Positions 38,222 through 48,552 of a stretch of 64,000 nucleotides of DNA are shown one piece after another. The notes below the pieces were generated by a model. That model made no database searches, was not told the DNA's origin, and worked only from the letters and a program-made list of their open reading frames with translations. The position numbers and the translations under genes are program-made. Each line of letters opens with the position of its first letter. The stretch's first letter is position 1. The stretch comes from an uncultured Gammaproteobacteria bacterium (GTDB lineage Bacteria > Patescibacteriota > Patescibacteriia > UBA9934 > CAZDDW01), in assembly GCA_965231015.1 (NCBI GenBank), contig OZ246408.1, positions 921,908 through 985,907 on the forward strand, read 5' to 3'.

Positions 38222-38258
38222 TCCGCTCGCTCTCGGCGCGATGCATCGAGAAACAAAA

Positions 38259-38315
38259 AAAGCGGAGCCCCCCTCAGCCGTAGCCCTACAGGCGAGGCCT
38301 GACTCCGCCCCAGTA
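38259..38315 (-). terminator. probable terminator of permease operon
   Basis: minus-strand stem gcggag...ctccgc followed by ttttttt. Confidence 0.4.
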
Positions 38316-38334
38316 AAATGACACCAAAGTAATT

Positions 38335-40020
38335 TTAAAACAGCCAGTTCAGCAAATAGCCGATAATTATTATTCCTACAGTCACTAAACCGAAAAAGGT
38401 GACAAGTAACTGCCATTTAAGCACTTTTTTTAAAATCAACCCCGCGGGAAAAGAAAGCCCGATCACCCCCATCATAAAAGCGATTGCCGTTCCCAAAGGC
38501 AAACCTTTGGCCACTAAGGACTGAATCACGGGAATAATGCCGGCCGCGTCAGCATACATGGGAACCGCCAAAACCGCCGCCACAGGAACCCCTAAATACC
38601 CCGCCTTTTCCAAGTACACCTCAAAAAAACCTTCCGGTACATATCCGTGAATGACAGATCCCAAACCAACACCAACCAAAATATACAAACCGATTTTTTT
38701 AATGATCCCAAAAGCTTCTTGAGAAATTTTAGGAAAAATTTTTGCGAGCGGCTCTGTTTTTGTTTCCGATTGATTTTGCGTTGGCGCGTGAACTTTCCAC
38801 ACAAAATCTTCCACATACTTTTCCATTTTCAATTTTCCTAAAATAAAACCACCCAGCATGCCAATCGTAATGCCGGCCAACACGTAAGCCACGGTCACTT
38901 GCCAACCAAAAATACCAAGAAACAGGGCAATAGAGACCTCATTAACCAGCGGAGAAGTGATAATAAAAGCAAAAGTCACCCCCAGAGGGATGCGAGCTTC
39001 TAAAAAGCCAATAAACAGCGGGATGCTGGAACAAGAACAAAACGGGGTCAAGGCTCCAAAAATACTGGCGAAAAAATAATCCAATCCGAATAGTTTTTTT
39101 TCGGTTAAGAAATTCCTTAATTTTTCAACCGGCAGATAATATCGTAGCGCGCTTACCAAATGCATAATGACCAACATCAACGCGAAAATTTTCAAAATAT
39201 CGTAAATGAAGAATTGTACACTGTGCCCAAGGCGTGATCCCGCTTCAATATTGAAAATGGAAAAGGTCACCCAGTCAGCAAAAACCTCAAACGGATAAAA
39301 AATATCCAACTTTTCCACGCCAAAAGTATACTTGAGGTAATACAAGCCGGTGCCGATAAAAAGAAAAGCAACCATATATCTGAGCCATTTTTCTATTTTT
39401 CTGGTAATCTGATACGCCTGACTCATTTTTTGCAGACTGAAAACCATAAGGCCGGCAAAAATCGCCACCGGCAGACCGGTGCCAATGGCAAAAACCGGGG
39501 CCAGTAAAATTCCAGCGGTTGATTTTAAAATCAGCGGTACGAGCATGCCAAAAAACAGTACTCCGCTATAAGGACAAAAAGCCAAAGCGAAAATCATCCC
39601 CAAGCCCAGTGAACCCAAGTAGCCTTTACCCGAAAGCCACTGTTTGAATTTTTCCCATTTTTCACTTTTGACATTAAAATTTATTTTGAAAACTCCCAGC
39701 ATAAAAAGCCCCATGACAAGCAACACTGGAGCGAGTAGTTTTTCGCCCCAGCCCTGAAAAATCCCTGAAACAGTAAAAGAAGAAAGTCCGAGAAAAATCA
39801 AACCGGCAACCAAGGTATATGAGACTCCCCGACCGATGATATAAAACAGCGCGTTCAGGAGTGTATTTTTGGCGGTTTTTATGTCTTTAGACAAAAAACC
39901 AACCGCGGCGATATTGGTCGCCAACGGACAAGGACTGATGGAAGTCAAAATGCCCAAGAGAAATGCCGTCAAGAGCGGAATGTTATATGAATCGATCAGT
40001 AAATTAATCAGGTTTTCCAT
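38335..40020 (-). CDS. fusion membrane protein: N-terminal CcdA/DsbD-like domain + C-terminal DUF318/ArsP-like permease
   Basis: ISPCPLATNIAAVGF (CcdA-type Cys) and TPFCSCSSIPLF (ArsP-type TPFCSCS motif); 561 aa, more than 12 TM segments. Confidence 0.7.
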   Translation of the reverse strand: MENLINLLIDSYNIPLLTAFLLGILTSISPCPLATNIAAVGFLSKDIKTAKNTLLNALFYIIGRGVSYTLVAGLIFLGLSSFTVSGIFQGWGEKLLAPVLLVMGLFMLGVFKINFNVKSEKWEKFKQWLSGKGYLGSLGLGMIFALAFCPYSGVLFFGMLVPLILKSTAGILLAPVFAIGTGLPVAIFAGLMVFSLQKMSQAYQITRKIEKWLRYMVAFLFIGTGLYYLKYTFGVEKLDIFYPFEVFADWVTFSIFNIEAGSRLGHSVQFFIYDILKIFALMLVIMHLVSALRYYLPVEKLRNFLTEKKLFGLDYFFASIFGALTPFCSCSSIPLFIGFLEARIPLGVTFAFIITSPLVNEVSIALFLGIFGWQVTVAYVLAGITIGMLGGFILGKLKMEKYVEDFVWKVHAPTQNQSETKTEPLAKIFPKISQEAFGIIKKIGLYILVGVGLGSVIHGYVPEGFFEVYLEKAGYLGVPVAAVLAVPMYADAAGIIPVIQSLVAKGLPLGTAIAFMMGVIGLSFPAGLILKKVLKWQLLVTFFGLVTVGIIIIGYLLNWLF

Positions 40021-40023
40021 AAA

Positions 40024-40650
40024 TTAGAAGATTAGATTACTTGGCTCCGTAAGCGCGTACAAGAACGCGCTTCTGTATTTGCGAACTTTTTTCCCTTGTT
40101 CATTAATCGGTACCATAAGTTGAAAGCCGTCCGTGCATTCCTCCCATGGCGCAAGCCAGATATTACCGTCTTCATAATCGCAGTCTTTAAATGTCAGGCT
40201 CAATTCGGGATAAGCTTGCTCAATTTCGGTGGGAGCGCAGGTGTTAACGGTAAAATCACGCAAATCGTTAACTGAAACGATTTTTTTGCGCGGCGCGATC
40301 AAGGTATAAATTTCAGCACCGATTTTTTTCTCATATGTCTCCGGGACAATTTCATCAGGGTCGGCTTTTCTGCCAACAAGAGCCAGATCAATATTTTCCG
40401 CTTTCAATTCGTTTAAAGTCATTTCCGCGCTTCCGAATTCCATCATTACCAATTCCGGATTTTGGTTTTGTAAATTCAAAGCTTCCGGTGCCATGGTCGG
40501 ACAATAACCCAGTCTGATTATTTCAGGCGTCTCTACTTCATAACTATTTGCGTCAGCGGTTACGGCGGATTGTTGACCGCAGCCACTCAATAAAAGAACC
40601 GAGAATAGTAAACAAAATAATTTTTTCATAATTAGCCGAACATTAACCAT
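40024..40650 (-). CDS. lipoprotein of unknown function
   Basis: signal peptide plus lipobox LLSGCGQQ. Confidence 0.55.
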   Translation of the reverse strand: MVNVRLIMKKLFCLLFSVLLLSGCGQQSAVTADANSYEVETPEIIRLGYCPTMAPEALNLQNQNPELVMMEFGSAEMTLNELKAENIDLALVGRKADPDEIVPETYEKKIGAEIYTLIAPRKKIVSVNDLRDFTVNTCAPTEIEQAYPELSLTFKDCDYEDGNIWLAPWEECTDGFQLMVPINEQGKKVRKYRSAFLYALTEPSNLIF

Positions 40651-41873
40651 TCCGGTTTGAACAATAACAACAAGCCGATGATCACCATGGCGATTCCTCC
40701 GATCAGATGAGAAAGACGGCTGTATCTGTCTGAAAAGCCGGTAATTTTCAGAGTTATCATAGCGGTGAAAAAAATCAATAGATCATCCAACATGAAGATA
40801 AAAATATAGAACAACAAGTAGCCATAATATTGCCAGAGGGGTAATTGGCTTAGCGTTAGAATTTGCGTATACACGGCGGGCAATCCGGCCGAACAAATCA
40901 GCTCGACAAGGTTTACCGCGACAGCCAGTAAAATAATACCTAAAAGAGCGATGAAAAAATTCTTTTCATGAGTCAGCTGTTTCAGCTTTTCAAAGACGCG
41001 CTGACGCTTCTTGCCTCCGGTGACCGCGCATCCGGCGTGGGGATTAAAGAAATATTCTTTAAGATAATAGCCGCCTCCGCCAAGCGCTACCAAACCGATA
41101 ATAATTCTCACAATAAGAATGAACCCGATAAACAGAAGCAAATTCAACCATGCGGAAAGGAATAAAAAGTAAACCGCGGCCGAGGTGACGATAAAAGCGA
41201 TCCCGAGCATCCACATTCTGCGTCGGTTTTTCATGCCGATAAGCAGACTGATCAGGAAAAGCAGAGTCCACATGGCACACGGATTAAATCCGTCCAAAGC
41301 GGCGATGATAAAGGTAAGTACGGGTAAAGAAATATTTTTGGTCTTAATTTCTCCCACCAGCGGCAAGGTCAGAGTCTCGGGAATTTTTGAGGAAGTGAAG
41401 GTATCCTCGTCCGATTCCGATGTTGTTCCGTTGATCTCTACACCGACATCGCGGCACGAATTGCCGATCGCACAATTGATTGCTTCCTCGATTTGCGCAC
41501 CCGTGTTTTTCTCGTCCATCCAGCCGATAACATAACGCTCACCGACCACAGTAAACGGCACACCGCTCACATTAGCGTTTAGCTTTTTGCCAAATTCAAT
41601 CATTAAATCTCGATTTTCAGCATTGCCCCATATTTCGTAATCATGCACCAAAAGCTCGGGATATTTTTCTTCCATGCGCTCCAAAAAAGGTTTTTCCTTC
41701 GCACAGTGCGGACAGCCTTCGCCCCAGAAGAAATACAAATTAACCGTCTCTTCAATAACAGTCCCGTTGTCATGAACAGTCCCAACGTCTTGCGCCTGCG
41801 TGGGTATGGCCACCAACAAACACAAAACAGCCAAAAGTGAAATGATAATTTTTTTCATAAAACAGAAAATCAA
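40632..41873 (-). CDS. thioredoxin-domain / CcdA (DsbD-like) fusion membrane protein
   Basis: signal peptide, WGEGCPHCAKEKPFL CxxC thioredoxin motif, then TM domain with DGFNPCAMWTL. Confidence 0.75.
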   Translation of the reverse strand: MIFCFMKKIIISLLAVLCLLVAIPTQAQDVGTVHDNGTVIEETVNLYFFWGEGCPHCAKEKPFLERMEEKYPELLVHDYEIWGNAENRDLMIEFGKKLNANVSGVPFTVVGERYVIGWMDEKNTGAQIEEAINCAIGNSCRDVGVEINGTTSESDEDTFTSSKIPETLTLPLVGEIKTKNISLPVLTFIIAALDGFNPCAMWTLLFLISLLIGMKNRRRMWMLGIAFIVTSAAVYFLFLSAWLNLLLFIGFILIVRIIIGLVALGGGGYYLKEYFFNPHAGCAVTGGKKRQRVFEKLKQLTHEKNFFIALLGIILLAVAVNLVELICSAGLPAVYTQILTLSQLPLWQYYGYLLFYIFIFMLDDLLIFFTAMITLKITGFSDRYSRLSHLIGGIAMVIIGLLLLFKPEWLMFG

Positions 41874-42328
41874 TTTAACAGATTATCAAGTTTGTCTTTA
41901 AAATACGTTTTGAACTTTTGCTCATCTCCGACTAAGCGCCAGACGGTTGTGTCTTCCGTGATATTGTCCTGACCATCCGTAATCGCGTTGATAAAGAGCG
42001 AGCTTCCGCGAGCCTGATATTGAATCACTGTTTCCCGATTCTCGGACAATTCACCGTTGACCGAAAGAAAGGTTATTTTTCCCGCGGCCATTTCTTCTAT
42101 GAAAAATTCTTCAATGGTTTCGCGCGCGTATTGTTCCACCATTTGGCACGAAGGGCAACGGCGAGTACCATGAAAATCCACCACCTCAATTCTGTCCGCT
42201 TTGACCTCTGCCAAATCTGACGACGCAGAGGCTTGAGAGCCGTTCCCGTTTGATTGTATTGTATTTCCGCAACCCGCCAAAAGTGAAGAAAAAACAAAAA
42301 GTGTAAAAATTATAAAAGTTTTTTTCAT
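41870..42328 (-). CDS. thioredoxin-like lipoprotein
   Basis: lipobox LLAGCGN; CPSC motif (RRCPSCQMVEQ). Confidence 0.6.
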   Translation of the reverse strand: MKKTFIIFTLFVFSSLLAGCGNTIQSNGNGSQASASSDLAEVKADRIEVVDFHGTRRCPSCQMVEQYARETIEEFFIEEMAAGKITFLSVNGELSENRETVIQYQARGSSLFINAITDGQDNITEDTTVWRLVGDEQKFKTYFKDKLDNLLN

Positions 42329-42342
42329 AGTTTATGTTTGAA

Positions 42343-42633
42343 TTAACAATTACCTCCGCAAGAACAGCCGCCTGAGGTTTTTTCATTTTCGGAAGCACAA
42401 CCTTCCTTGATCATTTTTTCAATCTCATCGTTTGACGGCACTTTTCCCGCGGCCATGATCTTGCCGTCGATGGCAAAAACCGGACTACCCATTGCGCCGA
42501 GCTTGACTATTTCTGCGATATCGGTGGAATATTCCACCTCCGTGTCCATGCCGAGTTTGTTGACCACTTCTCTTACATTTTTATGGAGAGTCTTGCAAGT
42601 GGGGCAACCCGAACCCAAAACTTGAATTTTCAT
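42343..42633 (-). CDS. small thioredoxin-family protein (redox-active disulfide protein, CPTC) with Cys-rich C-terminal tail
   Basis: MKIQVLGSGCPTCKTL; tail GGCSCGGNC. Confidence 0.7.
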   Translation of the reverse strand: MKIQVLGSGCPTCKTLHKNVREVVNKLGMDTEVEYSTDIAEIVKLGAMGSPVFAIDGKIMAAGKVPSNDEIEKMIKEGCASENEKTSGGCSCGGNC

Positions 42634-42959
42634 AATTTGGAAATTAAAAAATTATTTAATAACGAAGCGTATTGTTTGATGACATTTTTATTGGATGAGT
42701 AAATGATTTTTCTACCTTCTTGGTCGTCTTGTTTCGAATCGATCAAGCCAAAACCTTTAAGGACTTTCAAGTGATGCGAGGCCAGATTCTGGGGGATTTC
42801 GAGCGTCTTCCAGATATCGCAAACACACCGTTCATCCTCTCGAAGCGAGCAAAGTATTTTGAGACGATTCGGCTCGTTGATGATTTTAATAAATTCCGCT
42901 ACCTTTTCAAGGTCGGTTTTTAATTTCGAGCCATTTTTACAGCATGGAACATTTTTCAT
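42630..42959 (-). CDS. arsR: ArsR/SmtB-family metalloregulator
   Basis: wHTH plus CVCDI metal(loid)-binding motif (cf. ArsR ELCVCDL). Confidence 0.8.
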   Translation of the reverse strand: MKNVPCCKNGSKLKTDLEKVAEFIKIINEPNRLKILCSLREDERCVCDIWKTLEIPQNLASHHLKVLKGFGLIDSKQDDQEGRKIIYSSNKNVIKQYASLLNNFLISKL

Positions 42960-43153
42960 GATGCAAAGTCAATTATATCAATGGTTGTTGATATACTATC
43001 AAGGGCAATACTTTCAGTCAAGCATGACAATTGCATGGATTGACTACACAAATCAATATAACATAGGCGGAAGAAATCCCCCGCCCATGTTGACCTAATT
43101 ATAGCCTTGAAAAAGGTTTAATTCCTGTTTTTCCCCACCTTAAATAAGGCTCT

Positions 43154-43182
43154 TGACACAATTTACCCTTTAAGCTAAAATA
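43154..43182 (+). promoter_or_regulatory. consensus sigma70 promoter upstream of 16S rRNA
   Basis: TTGACA -17 bp- TAAAAT. Confidence 0.5.
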
Positions 43183-43392
43183 CTGCCACGATCGTTACAA
43201 CTGAATATAGCCCATTTTTGGGCTAACATTGTACAAGAAATCCAATCTATTTCTGACAAGTCCAGGAAAGCTGCAAAAAGAGCAACATCCCCGCCTTCGG
43301 ACGGGATAAATTGTCTGCTCAGCGATTGCAACGTCAAATCTCGTAGATATAAATCTACAAACAGGACAGATACCACCGGTTTTACCGTGGTG

Positions 43393-44878
<1,486 letters not shown>

Positions 44879-44971
44879 CTAAAGGAAAAATCTCGCCATC
44901 GGCGAGACATCCTAGGTCGAGATCTGACGCTGTCAGATCTTCGACGTTGCAATCGCTGAGCAAAGACAAAA

Positions 44972-45000
44972 TCCTCCTTCGCTAAAGCTTCGGAGGACAG
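44972..45000. repeat. 29-nt hairpin repeat copy 2 in 16S downstream spacer
   Basis: identical to 38193..38221. Confidence 0.75.
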
Positions 45001-45325
45001 GCAAAGACCGCCATTTGACGGTCTTTTTGATTTAACTTTTCGAATTTTTATGTATTGTCGGTAATGTTCGAGCTCTGATTCATTGCGAATATTACGGTCG
45101 TGGAAATTTCGTTGCCAAATTTTGATACCTGGTATCTCGAACCTGACAATACGCGTCACAGAAGATTTGAATGATTGAATAATTTGGCCAAGTGATGGTT
45201 GTTTCTGAACCGAATTGATGTTGTTTCGATATTTATTATTTCTAAACACAAAACTCCGCCAAAGGCAGGGCTATCAAATTTTCTTTGCCGGCCCAAAGAA
45301 AACCGGACCATATTTAAAACGAAAA

Positions 45326-45354
45326 GCGGGGGCAGATGGTGTGTCTGCCCCCGC
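45326..45354 (-). terminator. rho-independent terminator of 815-aa ORF
   Basis: gcgggggcaga...tctgcccccgc; on minus strand followed by ttttcgtttt. Confidence 0.5.
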
Positions 45355-45372
45355 ACGTTGCGTAGATAGGTC

Positions 45373-47820
45373 TCAGGTTTTCGCCGGACCTGAGTTACTG
45401 GAAGGATCATTGTCGTCGTCGGCCGAGTTGCCGCGACGCTTGGACGTGGACTCCGAACCGAGTGAACTCGACTCCTCGATCGAGCCGGAGTCGCCGTAGA
45501 CCGGCAACTCTTGAGCTTCAGTACCGTACTCGGGCATCCCCTCAGTCGTAGCCGCGGCCATGCTGGCCGAGTCATCAGGCTCGTCTTCGTCCGGATCAAC
45601 CAAGGATTGTTCCGAGGTATCCGGCTCGCCTTCGAGCTCGATGCTGCCGTCCGGATCGTGATACGACTCCTCGTCCGAGGGAACAAGCGCGATGCGTTGT
45701 TCCTGACTCGGCGTGCCAAGCGTAGTGTCCTCCCTCACACTGCCCTCGTCGATCTCCTCGGCCACGTCCGTGATGGGCGGTGGCGTGGGATCGACCATGA
45801 CCGGTGCCTCGACCTCTCGGTGCGAAAGCCCGGAGATGTCACGGGTTGGTGGAGGGGTGTCGACCGCTTCGTCCACAGTATCGAGATGAATCGGTGGAGC
45901 CGAATCTCCGACACTCGACTCGTCGTCTTCGTCCTCCGGACACCGACTCGGTCGCTCCTCGGTGGTATCACCCTCGAGTTCCGACTCCGGTTCAATTCCC
46001 GGTTCCGGAATTGGAATGCCGTCCTCGATCGCCTGCAGGCTGGCCGAAAGCGGTATCTCGGGCAGCTTTCCCCTGAAGCGAGGATGCTGCGGCGGCTTGG
46101 CCTCCGGGTCAGACGCATCAACGGTCTGCTCGGAAGGGAGATCCGAAGTGGTGAGCATCTTGAACTCATCAGACTCCGCCTCGTCTCCCTCACCTCCGGA
46201 CGGATCCGAGCTACTGCTCGAATCCGACTCATCAAACGACGAGGGCATGCTCATCATGGCAATCTCCTCGTCGGAGTTGGGCGGACCGTCATCCCGGAAG
46301 GCCTCTCCCTCTTCGTACTCGTCCAGTTCCCCAGCCGGAATGGCCGGTGGTGGAGCGGGTAGTTGCACGAGGGTGAAGTTGATCTTGGTAAGATCAAACT
46401 CTCGGGAGGTGATCTCGGCCTCGATCCTCATCATGGCTTCAACCATAGCCTCGCACAAGTCGATACTGCGGTTGATCGCGATCTTCTGAGCATCTGTGAA
46501 GAAGTCAAACACCTCACTGGCTTCGCCCTGCGGCAGAGCCAGATACACGGCCATGGCCGCGTTATCGAGGCATGCCAACTCTTCGAACTGACGCCGCGAG
46601 GTCGCGGTCGTGGTGCGACCCACGTGCTCGATGATGTCTGCGTGAGGCTGACGTACCGTAGCATGGTACAGGTGGAAGGCATAACGCGCGAACTCGTCGA
46701 GCTCGGAGCATTGACTGTCGGTGAGGGTCTGCTCCGGACTCTGCCGGCCAAGGATGCGCACGATGTCCGCCGGACGGATCATACGCAGATCCATCTGCCG
46801 GGCCACCCGAGCAAACACGTCCGGGTTGTGCTGGTACACGCGGCGCAGGAACTCCACGAGCTCCGGCGCCGAGTAGAACTCGAACGTCCAGACGAGCAGG
46901 CGTACCCACGTATTCAGGAGACGTGGTGGCAGCTCCTGGGGAGACCAGAACGGTTCACCCTGGGAGATGTACATGGCCGTACGGATAGTATCCGACCAAG
47001 GCACGTGCACAGCTGTCACAGCCGGCCGGATTCCGAGAGCCGGATCGATCCCGATCTCGGCCATCACCTGACGGTAGGCGTGATCGACCCCCATGAGGTC
47101 GTACCCCTGGGTAGCAAACACGAAACCGTTTAGATCCCCTTCCTGGTGCAAGAACGGGCTCACCGCCTTGAAGGGCTGGTGTAACTCTGCGGCCTGCAGG
47201 AACGAGACCCGCGTTTCTTCACTCGGTGCAGCGAGCGCCGTGAAATGGCGGGTCATCTCCGGGGATTGGATCCGGGCGAGCGTCAGCACAGCGTCGTCTT
47301 CCGTGTACACCCCAGTGCCGAACCGTCCCGTTGCAGCGTACCCGGGCAATTCCCGCTCGGTCATGATCTCCCGAATCCAGCCGGTCATTTGCCGGTTGAA
47401 CTCCTCGGGCTTCAGCGCCCCGGTCGACTGATCGATCGACATCATGGCGATGTACTCCAGCAGCTGACCAATGGCCGCCTCCTGAAGCTGCATGATGCTA
47501 GCGATCTCGCGGGCCTCGCGCCGGCGGTTCGTATCACGAATCAGCTGGGCTCGCAGGAAGCGCATGCGCTTGGCCTGCTCACCAATGAGGTTGCGATAGA
47601 AGTCCGGGAGTTCGATTCCCTGCTGCTCGGCCAGTCGGTACACCAGATCCGAGAACTCGTGATCCGGATCCCCGGCCGGGCGGTGCGCGATGATGCGCGG
47701 GTCGATAAGCGGTCGGGCACCGTTGATGACCCCGAGCTCCTTGAGGGCCTCGACGAGGTCATCGCCGAGGTAGTGCCGATATACGGCTTCCACTTCTTCG
47801 TTTCTGTCCTGCTCCAACAT
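45373..47820 (-). CDS. hypothetical 815-aa protein in about 63% GC island; folded N-terminal about 500 aa plus about 320-aa acidic S/D/E/P-rich disordered C-terminus
   Basis: single long minus-strand ORF spanning the island with its own terminator; plus-strand ORFs are Arg/Leu-rich antisense artefacts. Confidence 0.6.
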   Translation of the reverse strand: MLEQDRNEEVEAVYRHYLGDDLVEALKELGVINGARPLIDPRIIAHRPAGDPDHEFSDLVYRLAEQQGIELPDFYRNLIGEQAKRMRFLRAQLIRDTNRRREAREIASIMQLQEAAIGQLLEYIAMMSIDQSTGALKPEEFNRQMTGWIREIMTERELPGYAATGRFGTGVYTEDDAVLTLARIQSPEMTRHFTALAAPSEETRVSFLQAAELHQPFKAVSPFLHQEGDLNGFVFATQGYDLMGVDHAYRQVMAEIGIDPALGIRPAVTAVHVPWSDTIRTAMYISQGEPFWSPQELPPRLLNTWVRLLVWTFEFYSAPELVEFLRRVYQHNPDVFARVARQMDLRMIRPADIVRILGRQSPEQTLTDSQCSELDEFARYAFHLYHATVRQPHADIIEHVGRTTTATSRRQFEELACLDNAAMAVYLALPQGEASEVFDFFTDAQKIAINRSIDLCEAMVEAMMRIEAEITSREFDLTKINFTLVQLPAPPPAIPAGELDEYEEGEAFRDDGPPNSDEEIAMMSMPSSFDESDSSSSSDPSGGEGDEAESDEFKMLTTSDLPSEQTVDASDPEAKPPQHPRFRGKLPEIPLSASLQAIEDGIPIPEPGIEPESELEGDTTEERPSRCPEDEDDESSVGDSAPPIHLDTVDEAVDTPPPTRDISGLSHREVEAPVMVDPTPPPITDVAEEIDEGSVREDTTLGTPSQEQRIALVPSDEESYHDPDGSIELEGEPDTSEQSLVDPDEDEPDDSASMAAATTEGMPEYGTEAQELPVYGDSGSIEESSSLGSESTSKRRGNSADDDNDPSSNSGPAKT

Positions 47821-47924
47821 TGTGCCTTTCCCCCTGGCTGTTGCATGGTTGAAAATTCAGTTTTAAAAGAAGTTCGACCGCTCTCCGAGGAGGGCGGTCG
47901 TTGAGAGTTGTTGTGGCCGGCTAG

Positions 47925-48158
47925 TTAGCTGGCCAAGGCGACGACCTGCTCGGCCTCGCGACACAGCGCGGCGGGGAGCATGCCCCTGATGCGCCGAGCG
48001 CTAGACGTGAGCGTTGTCGCTCGGGTGTGCGTTCCAGAGAACGCGGCCCGTCCGATGTCACCACCGGCCGGGATCACCGTCACGACAGTTCCGTCGCTCT
48101 GGCGGATCTGCTTGGGGGCATACTTGCCCACACGCGGCTTGATGGTGGCGTCCATCGG
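47925..48158 (-). CDS. small hypothetical protein in high-GC island (start at MDATIKPR with GGAGAGGAGAG RBS)
   Basis: ORF 47925..48206; RBS upstream of internal Met. Confidence 0.4.
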   Translation of the reverse strand, partial: PMDATIKPRVGKYAPKQIRQSDGTVVTVIPAGGDIGRAAFSGTHTRATTLTSSARRIRGMLPAALCREAEQVVALAS

Positions 48159-48318
48159 TCTCTCCTCTCCTCGAGAAGCGTTTCGCAGGCGTATTCCTAC
48201 TGACACTTCTACATATATATTTCATCATATTCTAGGCAAAAAGTCAATCATTTTATGCTCAATTTAAGCAAATTTGGCTAAAATAAAGAAAAAACTAGCC
48301 GTTAGGCTGATTCTTCAA

Positions 48319-48373
48319 TGGTGCCGAGGGTGAGAATTGAACTCACGACACGAGAATTTTCAGTCCTCTGCTC
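48319..48373 (-). pseudogene. partial duplicate (3' about 55 nt) of tRNA-Phe
   Basis: ggggagcagaggactgaaaattctcgtgtcgtgagttcaattctcaccctcggcacca matches 3' two-thirds of adjacent tRNA-Phe with 2 mismatches; 5' part absent. Confidence 0.65.
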
Positions 48374-48427
48374 CCCCGCCATCTTCATGCTTGGCGGGAT
48401 ACCACTCGCAATAAAAAATGACTCCAC

Positions 48428-48502
48428 TGGTGCCGAGGGTGAGAATTGAACTCACGACACGAGGATTTTCAGTCCTCTGCTCTACCACTGAGCTACCTCG
48501 GC
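48428..48502 (-). tRNA. tRNA-Phe (anticodon GAA)
   Basis: GCCGAGGTAGCTCAGTGGTAGAGCAGAGGACTGAAAATCCTCGTGTCGTGAGTTCAATTCTCACCCTCGGCACCA cloverleaf. Confidence 0.9.
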
Positions 48503-48552
48503 TCCAAAGGAGTCATTTTTTAGTTGTAATCTTTTACAGCCACTTCGACTAA

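Noticed and set aside
43170-43376. 68-aa minus-strand ORF
   Set aside because: Falls in the 16S promoter/leader region; no coding signal.
45373-47820. Homing-endonuclease/intron ORF inside the rRNA gene (common in CPR 16S)
   Set aside because: The 16S 3' end (ggatcacctcctttct) is intact at 44880, 500 nt before the ORF, and the ORF is on the opposite strand in compositionally foreign DNA; it is an island gene, not an rRNA intron.
45511-47904. Plus-strand ORFs 45511..46362, 46363..47133, 47245..47904 and others in the high-GC island
   Set aside because: Typical high-GC antisense ORFs (Arg/Leu/Gly-rich, no terminator or RBS); the single minus-strand 815-aa ORF with its own terminator explains the region.
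48319-48373. Second functional tRNA next to tRNA-Phe
   Set aside because: Only the 3' about 55 nt are present; no 5' acceptor or D-arm partner, so it is a partial duplicate (integration scar), not a gene.
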